Origin: Escherichia coli
GTDB taxonomy: Bacteria; Pseudomonadota; Gammaproteobacteria; Enterobacterales; Enterobacteriaceae
Direction: 5' to 3' (one strand)
Assembly: GCF_003018235.1 (NCBI RefSeq)
Contig: NZ_CP027439.1
Length of the DNA stretch: 64,000 nt
A program made the position numbers and the translations under genes. The notes beneath the pieces are model-generated. The model did not search any database and was not told where the DNA came from. It saw only the letters and a program-made list of their open reading frames with translations. Of the stretch, positions 49,738-59,885 are shown piece by piece (within the stretch, counting starts at the first letter, position 1; each line of letters opens with the position of its first letter).

Positions 49738-50203
49738 ATCAGAAACTGAAAAAATAGATTCTATCCTGGATGAACATCAACAGATATATCGCAGACATAA
49801 CCGAATAGATAACATCCTGGCGTTTTTTGCGTGTATTGCATGGATTCCCTGTATTATTGCTGCGTTCGGCGTTGATGGTATATATCTGAAAATCCTGTTT
49901 GCGGTCCTTGCCTGCTGTGGTGCGGTATGCTTTTTTATTTTCTTCTTCACCCTCCTGCCGGAATCACTCATGGTCCTCAGCCGTCAGAGCCTGCTTCAGC
50001 TTATGCGTCTGACTGAAGACGTACCGGATGCGAGACAGGAACTGCTTAACCGTCTGCTGTCCGGTAAAAAACTGACTGGTCGGAATGAAAAGGATATCCG
50101 GCGTCTCTGGCAGGATAAAGTGGATGCAATGCAGGAGTCTGCCACCCGTCAGCGTGAACAGGATACCATTCGGAAGTTTGCTGAAGAGAGTAAATCTGAA
50201 TGA
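49730..50203 (+). CDS. Hypothetical membrane protein (157 aa) in the traR-traC interval
   Basis: Two adjacent TM helices (ILAFFACIAWIPCIIAAFG, LKILFAVLACCGAVCFFIFFFTLL). The start overlaps the traR stop. Confidence 0.55.
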   Translation: MHKSETEKIDSILDEHQQIYRRHNRIDNILAFFACIAWIPCIIAAFGVDGIYLKILFAVLACCGAVCFFIFFFTLLPESLMVLSRQSLLQLMRLTEDVPDARQELLNRLLSGKKLTGRNEKDIRRLWQDKVDAMQESATRQREQDTIRKFAEESKSE

Positions 50204-50282
50204 AAATCTGCTGTGTTTTATAACCTCATAAGTTAACTGAAGGAATATTCAGTGATTAATATTTAACTGGAGGTAATAAAGA

Positions 50283-50417
50283 ATGCATACCTTTATCTTT
50301 CTTGTGCTGATGAAAAATGTTGGCGGTGGTGGTATCTGGAATATTACACCCATGCCAAATACGGATGTATGTGCACAGATCCTTCGGAGAATAGAAGCGC
50401 GTGGAGGCAGGGCTTAG
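50283..50417 (+). CDS. Candidate 44-aa peptide
   Basis: GGAGG lies 8 nt before the ATG. The product is MHTFIFLVLMKNVGGGGIWNITPMPNTDVCAQILRRIEARGGRA. The ORF is below the ORF-track cutoff. Confidence 0.35.
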   Translation: MHTFIFLVLMKNVGGGGIWNITPMPNTDVCAQILRRIEARGGRA

Positions 50418-50527
50418 GAAATTCAGGGGAGTGTATTGAAGTTAAAACAAATGAACCTTTGAACAACGTGATGGAAACACTGAATGGTGATGGGCAATGA
50501 GTGCTTACTGCTTCGAAGGAAAATGAA

Positions 50528-50890
50528 ATGAAGTCGATATATTTAAAATCTGTTCTGGCTTTTATATTTGTTGGCGTTATGGCTATGTTGATATGTGGTC
50601 TTTTTTACAATGATTACCTTGAGCAACAACCTGCAACACCAGAACAACTGACAGAGATTACACAGGATATCCCCTGTGCAGCAGAAGCATTTAAGGAAGC
50701 TATTAAGTCTGACACATCTGATTATCAGCCTGAACCTTTAAGTCTTGGTAAGGCAAAAGAGCTTGCATCAGCGTGTAGAGAAAGAAACGAAATGGCAGAG
50801 GTGAAACGGGTAAGAGAAAATGAGCGCAATAAGATTCGCGAAAAACAAATTCAGGCATTAAATGATGCTCATTCAGTAAAGGAACGTTAA
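50528..50890 (+). CDS. Hypothetical membrane-anchored or exported protein (120 aa)
   Basis: AAGGA SD. An N-terminal hydrophobic segment (VLAFIFVGVMAMLICGLF) is followed by a charged helical part. Confidence 0.55.
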   Translation: MKSIYLKSVLAFIFVGVMAMLICGLFYNDYLEQQPATPEQLTEITQDIPCAAEAFKEAIKSDTSDYQPEPLSLGKAKELASACRERNEMAEVKRVRENERNKIREKQIQALNDAHSVKER

Positions 50891-51015
50891 TCCTGGTTTC
50901 CTGTTAAAAGCCTCCATCTCTTATTTGTGCTGTGGTTTCAGGAATGGCACTGCGTGATATATCCACGGCCACAGACTGATATTTTCCTTTTTTAAACGCA
51001 CTAAGGAATACTCAT

Positions 51016-53646
51016 ATGAGTAATAACCCACTTGAGGCCGTCACTCAGGCGGTTAACTCCCTCGTCACAGCACTGAAACTGCCTGACGAATCAGCAAAGG
51101 CCAATGAAGTGCTGGGCGAAATGAGCTTCCCGCAGTTCAGCCGTCTGCTGCCGTACCGTGATTACAACCAGGAATCCGGTCTGTTCATGAATGACACCAC
51201 GATGGGCTTTATGCTGGAAGCCATTCCCATCAATGGGGCGAATGAGTCCATTGTGGAGGCCCTCGATCATATGCTGCGCACCAAACTGCCGCGCGGTATT
51301 CCGTTGTGTATCCATCTGATGTCCAGTCAGCTGGTTGGTGACAGGATTGAATACGGGCTGCGTGAGTTCTCCTGGTCTGGCGAACAGGCCGAACGGTTTA
51401 ACGCCATTACCCGTGCCTATTATATGAAAGCGGCAGCGACACAGTTTCCGCTGCCGGAGGGGATGAATCTGCCCCTGACCCTGCGCCATTACCGGGTGTT
51501 TATCTCGTACTGTTCTCCCTCGAAGAAAAAAAGCCGGGCTGACATTCTGGAAATGGAAAATCTGGTGAAAATCATCCGTGCCTCTTTTCACGGCGCAAAA
51601 ATCACCACACAGACAGTGGATGCACAGGCTTTCATCGAGATTGTCGGGGAGATGATTAACCATAATCCGGACTCTCTGTACCCGAAAAGACGTCAGCTGG
51701 ACCCGTATTCTGATCTGAATTATCAGTGTGTGGAGGACAGTTTTGATCTGAAGGTCCGGGCGGATTACCTGACGCTGGGGCTGCGTGAGAACGGCAGGAA
51801 CAGCACAGCCCGTATCCTGAATTTCCATCTGGCCCGTAACCCGGAAATCGCCTTCCTGTGGAACATGGCCGATAACTACAGCAATCTGCTGAACCCGGAA
51901 ATGTCCATTTCCTGCCCGTTCATCCTGACGCTGACACTGGTGGTGGAAGATCAGGTGAAAACCCACAGTGAAGCCAACCTGAAGTACATGGACCTGGAGA
52001 AAAAGTCGAAGACCTCCTATGCCAAATGGTTTCCGTCCGTGGAGAAAGAGGCGAAGGAGTGGGGGGAACTGCGCCAGCGGCTGGGCTCCGGTCAGTCTTC
52101 TGTCGTGTCCTACTTCCTTAACATCACAGCATTCTGCAAGGATAACAATGAAACGGCTCTGGAAGTGGAGCAGGACATTCTGAACAGCTTTCGTAAAAAC
52201 GGTTTTGAGCTGATTTCACCGCGCTTTAACCACATGCGCAATTTCCTGACCTGCCTGCCCTTTATGGCCGGGAAAGGGCTGTTTAAACAGCTGAAAGAGG
52301 CCGGTGTGGTTCAGCGCGCAGAGAGCTTTAATGTGGCCAACCTGATGCCGTTAGTGGCGGATAACCCCCTGACACCGGCAGGCCTGCTGGCACCCACCTA
52401 CCGTAACCAGCTGGCGTTTATCGATATCTTCTTTAAGGGGATGAATAACACCAACTACAACATGGCGGTCTGTGGCACCTCCGGGGCCGGTAAAACCGGG
52501 CTGATACAGCCACTTATCCGCAGCGTGCTGGACTCCGGGGGCTTTGCCGTGGTGTTCGACATGGGGGATGGCTACAAGTCTTTGTGTGAGAACATGGGGG
52601 GCGTATATCTGGACGGTGAAACCCTGCGCTTTAACCCGTTTGCGAACATCACTGATATTGACCAGTCAGCGGAGCGTGTCCGTGACCAGTTGTCGGTGAT
52701 GGCCAGCCCCAACGGTAACCTGGATGAAGTGCATGAAGGTCTGTTGCTGCAGGCGGTCAGAGCCTCCTGGCTGGCTAAAAAGAAGCAGGCGCGCATTGAT
52801 GATGTGGTGGATTTCCTGAAAAACGCCCGTGATAACGACCAGTATGTCGAGTCACCGACCATCCGCAGCCGTCTGGACGAAATGATTGTGCTGCTTGACC
52901 AGTACACTGCCAACGGCACTTACGGCCGGTATTTTAACTCTGATGAACCGTCCCTACGGGATGATGCCAGAATGGTGGTGCTGGAGCTGGGCGGACTGGA
53001 AGACCGTCCGTCACTGCTGGTTGCGGTGATGTTCAGCCTTATCATTTACATCGAGAACCGGATGTACCGCACGCCGCGTAACCTCAAGAAACTGAACGTC
53101 ATTGATGAAGGCTGGCGTCTGCTGGACTTCAAAAATCGTAAAGTTGGTGAGTTTATTCAAAAAGGTTACCGCACCTGTCGCCGTCATACCGGTGCCTATA
53201 TCACCATCACACAGAACATCGTCGACTTTGACTCTGACAAGGCATCCAGCGCAGCCCGTGCGGCATGGGGTAACTCCTCCTACAAAATTATCCTCAAACA
53301 GAGTGCGAAGGAGTTCGCGAAATATAACCAGTTATTCCCGGATCAGTTCCAGCCACTGCAGCGCGACATGATTGGTAAGTTTGGTGCGGCCAAAGACCAG
53401 TGGTTCAGTTCCTTCCTGCTGCAGGTGGAAAACCATTCCTCCTGGCACCGTCTGTTTGTGGACCCGTTAAGCCGTGCCATGTACAGCTCTGACGGCCCGG
53501 ATTTTGAGTTTGTGCAGCAGAAACGCAGAGAGGGTATGAGTATTCATGAGGCGGTGTGGCAGCTGGCGTGGAAGAAATCGGGGCCGGAGATGGCTTCGCT
53601 GGAGGCCTGGCTGGAAGAACATGAGAAATACAGGAGTGTTGCATGA
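51016..53646 (+). CDS. traC: T4SS ATPase TraC (VirB4-like)
   Basis: 876 aa with Walker A motif GTSGAGKT and Walker B motif. Confidence 0.95.
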   Translation: MSNNPLEAVTQAVNSLVTALKLPDESAKANEVLGEMSFPQFSRLLPYRDYNQESGLFMNDTTMGFMLEAIPINGANESIVEALDHMLRTKLPRGIPLCIHLMSSQLVGDRIEYGLREFSWSGEQAERFNAITRAYYMKAAATQFPLPEGMNLPLTLRHYRVFISYCSPSKKKSRADILEMENLVKIIRASFHGAKITTQTVDAQAFIEIVGEMINHNPDSLYPKRRQLDPYSDLNYQCVEDSFDLKVRADYLTLGLRENGRNSTARILNFHLARNPEIAFLWNMADNYSNLLNPEMSISCPFILTLTLVVEDQVKTHSEANLKYMDLEKKSKTSYAKWFPSVEKEAKEWGELRQRLGSGQSSVVSYFLNITAFCKDNNETALEVEQDILNSFRKNGFELISPRFNHMRNFLTCLPFMAGKGLFKQLKEAGVVQRAESFNVANLMPLVADNPLTPAGLLAPTYRNQLAFIDIFFKGMNNTNYNMAVCGTSGAGKTGLIQPLIRSVLDSGGFAVVFDMGDGYKSLCENMGGVYLDGETLRFNPFANITDIDQSAERVRDQLSVMASPNGNLDEVHEGLLLQAVRASWLAKKKQARIDDVVDFLKNARDNDQYVESPTIRSRLDEMIVLLDQYTANGTYGRYFNSDEPSLRDDARMVVLELGGLEDRPSLLVAVMFSLIIYIENRMYRTPRNLKKLNVIDEGWRLLDFKNRKVGEFIQKGYRTCRRHTGAYITITQNIVDFDSDKASSAARAAWGNSSYKIILKQSAKEFAKYNQLFPDQFQPLQRDMIGKFGAAKDQWFSSFLLQVENHSSWHRLFVDPLSRAMYSSDGPDFEFVQQKRREGMSIHEAVWQLAWKKSGPEMASLEAWLEEHEKYRSVA

Positions 53647-54029
53647 CCACAACGCAAAAAACGACTGACGTTACAGCCCGTCGACGCAGCCACTGGTGGT
53701 GGACGGTGCCGGGATGCCTGGCAATGGTGTTACTGAACGCAGCCGTCAGTTACGGCATTGTCAGACTGAACGCACCAGTGACTGTCGCCTTCAACATGAA
53801 ACAGACCGTGGATGCGTTTTTTGACAGCGCCAGTCAGAAACAACTGTCAGAAGCACAGTCAAAAGCCCTTTCAGCGCGTTTTAATACGGCACTGGAAGCC
53901 AGCCTGCTGACGTGGCAGCAGAAACACCACGCGGTCATTCTGGTTTCGCCTGCCGTGGTACAGGGGGCACCGGATATCACCCGGGAAATCCAGCAGGATA
54001 TTGCCCGGCGGATGAGGGCGGAGCCATGA
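53643..54029 (+). CDS. trbI: TrbI
   Basis: 128 aa, F order, ATGA coupling. Confidence 0.9.
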   Translation: MTTTQKTTDVTARRRSHWWWTVPGCLAMVLLNAAVSYGIVRLNAPVTVAFNMKQTVDAFFDSASQKQLSEAQSKALSARFNTALEASLLTWQQKHHAVILVSPAVVQGAPDITREIQQDIARRMRAEP

Positions 54030-54658
54030 GATGCCGGGGGCTGATTGCCCTGCTGATATGGGGGCAGAGTGTGGCCGCAGCCGATCTTGGCACCTGGGGC
54101 GATCTGTGGCCGGTGCAGGAGCCGGACATGCTGACGGTGATCATGCAGCGCCTGACGGCACTGGAGCAGTCCGGTGAGATGGGCCGGAAAATGGATGCCT
54201 TTAAGGAGCGGGTGATCCGCAACAGCCTGCGGCCCCCTGCCGTTCCCGGAATCGGACGCACGGAAAAATACAGCAGCCGGTTGTTTGACCCGTCCGTCAG
54301 ACTGGCTGCGGATATCCGGGATAACGAAGGGCGGGTGTTTGCCCGTCAGGGAGAAGTGATGAATCCGCTGCAGTATGTCCCTTTTAACCAGACGCTGTAT
54401 TTCATCAATGGCGATGATCCGGCGCAGGTGACCTGGATGAAACGCCAGACGCCGCCCACACTGGAGAGCAAAATTATCCTCGTGCAGGGCAGTATCCCGG
54501 AGATGCAGAAGTCTCTGGACAGCCGTGTTTACTTTGACCAGAACGGTGTGCTCTGCCAGCGCCTCGGCATTGATCAGGTCCCGGCACGGGTGAGCGCCGT
54601 TCCCGGCGATCGCTTCCTGAAGGTGGAATTTATTCCGGCAGAGGAGGGCAGAAAATGA
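54026..54658 (+). CDS. traW: TraW
   Basis: 210 aa from MRCRGLIALLIWGQSVAA (signal peptide). The longer ORF-track start at 53912 lies inside trbI. Confidence 0.9.
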   Translation: MRCRGLIALLIWGQSVAAADLGTWGDLWPVQEPDMLTVIMQRLTALEQSGEMGRKMDAFKERVIRNSLRPPAVPGIGRTEKYSSRLFDPSVRLAADIRDNEGRVFARQGEVMNPLQYVPFNQTLYFINGDDPAQVTWMKRQTPPTLESKIILVQGSIPEMQKSLDSRVYFDQNGVLCQRLGIDQVPARVSAVPGDRFLKVEFIPAEEGRK

Positions 54659-55647
54659 AGCGAAGCCTGTGGCTGCTGATGTTATTCCTTCTCGCCGGTC
54701 ATGTCCCTGCAGCGTCTGCGGATTCTGCCTGTGAGGGGCGTTTTGTAAACCCGATCACGGATATCTGCTGGAGCTGTATTTTCCCGCTCTCGCTGGGCAG
54801 TATCAAAGTCAGTCAGGGTAAGGTCCCCGACACAGCGAACCCGTCGATGCCCATTCAGATTTGTCCGGCACCGCCGCCGCTGTTCAGGCGTATCGGGCTG
54901 GCCATTGGTTACTGGGAGCCGATGGCGCTGACGGACGTCACCCGATCACCGGGATGCATGGTTAACCTGGGCTTCAGCCTGCCGGCTTTTGGTAAAACGG
55001 CACAGGGAACGGCGAAAAAGGATGAGAAGCAGGTGAACGGGGCGTTCTATCACGTTCACTGGTACAAATACCCGCTGACGTACTGGCTTAACATCATCAC
55101 ATCGCTGGGCTGTCTGGAAGGTGGTGACCTGGATATCGCTTATCTTTCTGAAATCGACCCCACCTGGACGGACAGCAGCCTGACCACCATTCTCAATCCG
55201 GAAGCTGTCATCTTTGCCAATCCGATAGCACAGGGGGCCTGTGCAGCAGATGCCATTGCCAGCGCCTTTAATATGCCTCTCGATGTTCTGTTCTGGTGTG
55301 CCGGTTCGCAGGGCAGTATGTACCCGTTCAATGGCTGGGTGAGTAATGAGTCCAGTCCGTTGCAGTCCTCCCTGCTGGTCAGTGAACGCATGGCGTTCAA
55401 GCTGCACCGTCAGGGCATGATTATGGAAACCATCGGGAAAAATAACGCCGTCTGTAATGAATATCCGTCCCCAATCCTGCCCAAAGAACGCTGGCGTTAC
55501 CAGATGGTGAATATGTACCCGGACAGCGGACAGTGCCACCCGTTCGGGCGCAGTGTGACCCGCTGGGAAACCGGGAAAAATCCGCCCAATACAAAGAAAA
55601 ACTTCGGCTACCTGATGTGGCGTAAACGTAACTGTGTCTTCCTGTGA
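54655..55647 (+). CDS. traU: TraU
   Basis: 330 aa, Cys-rich periplasmic protein. Confidence 0.95.
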   Translation: MKRSLWLLMLFLLAGHVPAASADSACEGRFVNPITDICWSCIFPLSLGSIKVSQGKVPDTANPSMPIQICPAPPPLFRRIGLAIGYWEPMALTDVTRSPGCMVNLGFSLPAFGKTAQGTAKKDEKQVNGAFYHVHWYKYPLTYWLNIITSLGCLEGGDLDIAYLSEIDPTWTDSSLTTILNPEAVIFANPIAQGACAADAIASAFNMPLDVLFWCAGSQGSMYPFNGWVSNESSPLQSSLLVSERMAFKLHRQGMIMETIGKNNAVCNEYPSPILPKERWRYQMVNMYPDSGQCHPFGRSVTRWETGKNPPNTKKNFGYLMWRKRNCVFL

Positions 55648-55652
55648 GGTGA

Positions 55653-56294
55653 ATGATGAAGCTGAGTATGAAATCTCTGGCAGCACTGCTGATGATGCTG
55701 AACGGGGCGGTTATGGCGTCAGAAAACGTGAACACTCCTGAAAACCGCCAGTTCCTGAAGCAGCAGGAAAATTTAAGCAGACAACTGCGTGAAAAACCTG
55801 ACCATCAGCTGAAAGCCTGGGCGGAGAAGCAGGTGCTGGAAAACCCCCTTCAGCGTTCAGATAACCATTTCCTGGATGAGCTGGTTCGTAAACAGCAGGC
55901 TTCGCAGGACGGGAAACCCCGGCAGGGTGCTCTGTATTTTGTGTCGTTTTCCATTCCCGAAGAGGGGCTGAAACGAATGCTGGGCGAAACCCGGCACTAC
56001 GGTATACCCGCCACACTGCGGGGCATGGTGAACAATGACCTGAAGACCACCGCTGAAGCCGTGCTGTCCCTGGTGAAAGACGGCGCGACTGATGGTGTTC
56101 AGATCGACCCGACGCTGTTTTCACAGTATGGCATTCGCAGTGTACCGGCACTGGTGGTGTTCTGCAGTCAGGGATACGACATCATCCGGGGAAACCTGCG
56201 GGTCGGCCAGGCGCTGGAGAAAGTGGCCGCCACGGGTGACTGCTGGCAGGTGGCTCATGATTTACTGGCAGGGAAAGGAGATTCCGGGAAATGA
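55653..56294 (+). CDS. trbC: TrbC
   Basis: 213 aa with a signal peptide. F order. Confidence 0.9.
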   Translation: MMKLSMKSLAALLMMLNGAVMASENVNTPENRQFLKQQENLSRQLREKPDHQLKAWAEKQVLENPLQRSDNHFLDELVRKQQASQDGKPRQGALYFVSFSIPEEGLKRMLGETRHYGIPATLRGMVNNDLKTTAEAVLSLVKDGATDGVQIDPTLFSQYGIRSVPALVVFCSQGYDIIRGNLRVGQALEKVAATGDCWQVAHDLLAGKGDSGK

Positions 56295-58099
56295 AACGTA
56301 TTTTACCTCTGATACTGGCTCTGGTTGCCGGCATGGCACAGGCTGACAGCAACAGTGATTACCGGGCCGGCTCTGATTTTGCTCACCAGATCAAAGGACA
56401 GGGAAGCAGCAGTATTCAGGGCTTTAAGCCACAGGAGAGTATCCCCGGCTATAACGCGAATCCGGACGAGACAAAATACTACGGTGGCGTGACTGCCGGC
56501 GGGGATGGCGGCCTGAAAAATGACGGCACCACGGAATGGGCGACCGGTGAAACCGGAAAAACCATCACAGAGTCATTCATGAACAAGCCGAAAGACATTC
56601 TTTCACCGGATGCACCGTTTATCCAGACCGGCAGGGATGTGGTGAACCGGGCTGACAGCATTGTGGGAAACACCGGGCAGCAGTGCAGTGCGCAGGAGAT
56701 TAGCCGGAGTGAATACACGAATTACACCTGTGAGCGGGATTTACAGGTGGAGCAGTACTGCACACGAACTGCCCGTATGGAGCTGCAGGGGAGTACCACA
56801 TGGGAAACCCGGACGCTGGAGTATGAAATGAGTCAGCTACCTGCACGTGAAGTGAATGGTCAGTATGTTGTCTCCATTACCTCTCCCGTTACCGGTGAAA
56901 TTGTCGATGCGCATTACAGCTGGAGTCGTACTTACCTGCAGAAGAGTGTACCTATGACAATTACAGTACTGGGAACCCCACTGAGCTGGAATGCCAAATA
57001 CTCAGCAGATGCCTCATTTACACCAGTACAGAAAACACTGACTGCCGGTGTTGCTTTTACGTCATCTCACCCCGTCCGGGTCGGGAATACAAAATTCAAA
57101 CGTCATACGGCAATGAAGCTGCGTCTGGTTGTCAGGGTAAAAAAAGCCTCGTACACCCCGTATGTTGTCTGGTCTGAAAGCTGCCCGTTCAGCAAGGAGC
57201 TGGGGAAACTGACAAAAACAGAATGTACGGAGGCTGGCGGGAACAGGACGCTGGTGAAAGACGGTCAGTCATACAGCATGTACCAGAGCTGCTGGGCATA
57301 CCGGGACACGTATGTCACGCAGTCAGCAGACAAGGGAACCTGTCAGACCTACACCGACAATCCTGCCTGTACCCTGGTGTCGCACCAGTGCGCCTTTTAC
57401 TCCGAAGAAGATGCCTGTCTGCATGAATATGCCACGTACTCCTGCGAGTCAAAAACATCCGGGAAAGTGATGGTCTGTGGGGGAGACGTCTTCTGTCTCG
57501 ATGGCGAATGCGATAAGGCTCAGAGCGGGCAGAGTAATGATTTTGCCGAAGCCGTTTCTCAGCTGGCGGCACTGGCCGCTGCAGGTAAGGATGTCGCGGC
57601 GCTGAACGGGGTGGATGTCCGTGCTTTCACCGGACAGGCGAAATTTTGTAAGAAGGCTGCAGCCGGATACAGCAACTGCTGTAAGGACAGCGGCTGGGGA
57701 CAGGATATTGGGCTGGCCAAATGCAGCAGTGATGAAAAAGCCCTGTCTAAAGCAAAATCAAACAAACTGACCGTCAGCGTCGGGGAATTCTGTTCGAAGA
57801 AAGTGCTGGGTGTCTGTCTGGAGAAAAAACGCAGCTACTGTCAGTTTGATTCGAAACTGGCGCAGATAGTCCAGCAGCAGGGGCGCAACGGGCAGCTACG
57901 TATCAGTTTTGGTAGTGCGAAGCATCCTGACTGTCGGGGAATTACGGTTGATGAACTGCAGAAAATTCAGTTCGACAGACTGGATTTCACTAACTTCTAC
58001 GAAGACCTGATGAATAACCAGAAAATCCCTGACAGTGGCGTTCTGACGCAGAAAGTGAAAGAGCAGATTGCTGAACAGCTGAAACAGGCAGGACAGTAA
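56291..58099 (+). CDS. traN: Mating-pair stabilisation outer-membrane protein TraN
   Basis: 602 aa, Cys-rich, with a signal peptide. The length is the same as F TraN (from memory). Confidence 0.95.
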   Translation: MKRILPLILALVAGMAQADSNSDYRAGSDFAHQIKGQGSSSIQGFKPQESIPGYNANPDETKYYGGVTAGGDGGLKNDGTTEWATGETGKTITESFMNKPKDILSPDAPFIQTGRDVVNRADSIVGNTGQQCSAQEISRSEYTNYTCERDLQVEQYCTRTARMELQGSTTWETRTLEYEMSQLPAREVNGQYVVSITSPVTGEIVDAHYSWSRTYLQKSVPMTITVLGTPLSWNAKYSADASFTPVQKTLTAGVAFTSSHPVRVGNTKFKRHTAMKLRLVVRVKKASYTPYVVWSESCPFSKELGKLTKTECTEAGGNRTLVKDGQSYSMYQSCWAYRDTYVTQSADKGTCQTYTDNPACTLVSHQCAFYSEEDACLHEYATYSCESKTSGKVMVCGGDVFCLDGECDKAQSGQSNDFAEAVSQLAALAAAGKDVAALNGVDVRAFTGQAKFCKKAAAGYSNCCKDSGWGQDIGLAKCSSDEKALSKAKSNKLTVSVGEFCSKKVLGVCLEKKRSYCQFDSKLAQIVQQQGRNGQLRISFGSAKHPDCRGITVDELQKIQFDRLDFTNFYEDLMNNQKIPDSGVLTQKVKEQIAEQLKQAGQ

Positions 58100-58122
58100 G
58101 GTAGGGAAAATAACCGGGGGAA

Positions 58123-58383
58123 ATGATGAAAGTCATATTCACGTCGAACCGTTTTATTGATTTTCTTATCCGGCTTTTGATTACAGCGATTGTCATTTCC
58201 CCGGTAATTATCTGGTCGTGGGATACGGTAAAAGAAACCACTGCAGGTGAGATACTTGCTGCTGCTTTCGTTATTTTTTACTCCGGTGTGCTCCTGTTTA
58301 TTCTGTATTTTTGTTTTTCTGCCCTGACTGACCTGCAGAAACCTGATGAAAGAAAAAGTGATGAAAGGAATGAAGATGAATAA
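58123..58383 (+). CDS. trbE: TrbE
   Basis: 86-aa membrane protein. F order. Confidence 0.85.
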   Translation: MMKVIFTSNRFIDFLIRLLITAIVISPVIIWSWDTVKETTAGEILAAAFVIFYSGVLLFILYFCFSALTDLQKPDERKSDERNEDE

Positions 58384-59119
58384 AGCATTACTGCCACTGT
58401 TACTCTGCTGCTTTATTTTTCCGGCGTCAGGAAAAGATGCAGGCTGGCAGTGGTATAACGAGAAAATAAATCCGAAGGAAAAAGAAAATAAACCAGTACC
58501 TGCAGCCCCCCGTCAGGAGCCGGACATTATGCAGAAACTGGCCGCACTGCAGACGGCAACAAAGCGGGCGCTGTACGAAGCCATTCTGTATCCCGGTGTG
58601 GATAATTTTGTGAAATATTTCCGTCTGCAGAATTACTGGACTCAGCAGGCCGGGCTTTTCACCATGAGCGCCAGAAAGGCCATGCTGGCACATCCTGAAC
58701 TGGACTATAACCTGCAGTACAGCCATTACAACGGTACGGTACGGAACCAGCTGGCAGCAGACCAGGCGCAGCAGCGACAGGCCATTGCGAAACTGGCTGA
58801 ACACTACGGCATCATGTTTTTTTACCGGGGGCTGGACCCTATTGACGGGCAGCTGGCGCAGGTCATTAATGGCTTCAGGGATACCTATGGTCTGAGTGTT
58901 ATTCCCGTATCCGTGGATGGCGTGATTAATCCGCTGTTGCCGGATTCCCGGACTGACCAGGGGCAGGCGCAGCGCCTCGGCGTGAAATATTTCCCGGCCA
59001 TGATGCTGGTTGACCCGAAACAGGGCAGTGTTCGCCCGTTATCATACGGCTTTATTTCGCAGGATGATCTGGCAAAACAGTTCCTGAACGTTTCTGAAGA
59101 TTTTAAACCAAATTTTTAA
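58376..59119 (+). CDS. traF: Thioredoxin-fold pilus assembly protein TraF
   Basis: 247 aa from MNKALLPLLLCCFIFPASG. The ORF-track start at 58346 lies inside trbE. Confidence 0.9.
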   Translation: MNKALLPLLLCCFIFPASGKDAGWQWYNEKINPKEKENKPVPAAPRQEPDIMQKLAALQTATKRALYEAILYPGVDNFVKYFRLQNYWTQQAGLFTMSARKAMLAHPELDYNLQYSHYNGTVRNQLAADQAQQRQAIAKLAEHYGIMFFYRGLDPIDGQLAQVINGFRDTYGLSVIPVSVDGVINPLLPDSRTDQGQAQRLGVKYFPAMMLVDPKQGSVRPLSYGFISQDDLAKQFLNVSEDFKPNF

Positions 59120-59134
59120 TCGCGGATTTGATTT

Positions 59135-59482
59135 ATGAGTGAAGATTATTTGAAAATGTTTACAGGTGTTTTTCTGTTAATATTTGTCATTATTGCCGGT
59201 TATTTCTTTTCTGAGCGTAATGACAGGAAAATGTTTCTCCTGAGCTCACTGGTTTTCCTTGTTATTAATATCGCGTGTTTATATGTGCTTACCGCCAGTC
59301 TCTGGTTTCTGTGTGGTGCAATTATGAATCAGGGCGCAGCAATGGTTGTTCCAATGGTTATTGGCTCATTACCGGACGTTACGAGCTTCGACAGGTTCAG
59401 AAGAATATTTGTCTGTATTATGTTGTCATCAGTATGGTCCGGAATGATGTGGTTTTTTATAAGGGGGCTTATGACAGGCTAA
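59135..59482 (+). CDS. trbA: TrbA
   Basis: 115-aa polytopic membrane protein. F order. Confidence 0.8.
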   Translation: MSEDYLKMFTGVFLLIFVIIAGYFFSERNDRKMFLLSSLVFLVINIACLYVLTASLWFLCGAIMNQGAAMVVPMVIGSLPDVTSFDRFRRIFVCIMLSSVWSGMMWFFIRGLMTG

Positions 59483-59600
59483 GTCATATAAAACGGTAAT
59501 AAAAACCATACAAAATAATGAGGTTGAACTGATTAATATCACACAAACGCGAATATTACAGACATAAATACTCTCATGTAAATAATAACCGGAGTTTAAC

Positions 59601-59885
59601 ATGATAAGTAAACGCAGATTCTCTTTACCCCGGCTTGATATTACGGGAATGTGGGTATTTTCCCTGGGTGTCTGGTTTCATATCGTCGCCCGTCTTGTTT
59701 ACAGCAAACCCTGGATGGCTTTTTTTCTGGCGGAGCTGATTGCGGCCATCCTTGTGCTGTTCGGCGCATACCAGGTGCTGGATGCATGGATTGCCCGTGT
59801 CAGCCGGGAAGAGCGTGAGGCACTGGAAGCCAGGCAACAGGCCATGATGGAAGGGCAGCAGGAGGGCAGACATGTCTCTCATTAA
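59601..59885 (+). CDS. traQ: Pilin chaperone TraQ
   Basis: 94 aa. F order. Confidence 0.9.
   Translation: MISKRRFSLPRLDITGMWVFSLGVWFHIVARLVYSKPWMAFFLAELIAAILVLFGAYQVLDAWIARVSREEREALEARQQAMMEGQQEGRHVSH

Noticed and set aside
51091-51966. Antisense ORFs inside tra genes: 51091-51966 in traC, 54946-55686 in traU, 59625-60056 over traQ/trbB, and 46137-47477 in traB.
   Set aside because: These are shadow ORFs opposite well-supported tra genes. I also looked for artA opposite trbA and found no adequate minus-strand ORF at 59135-59600.
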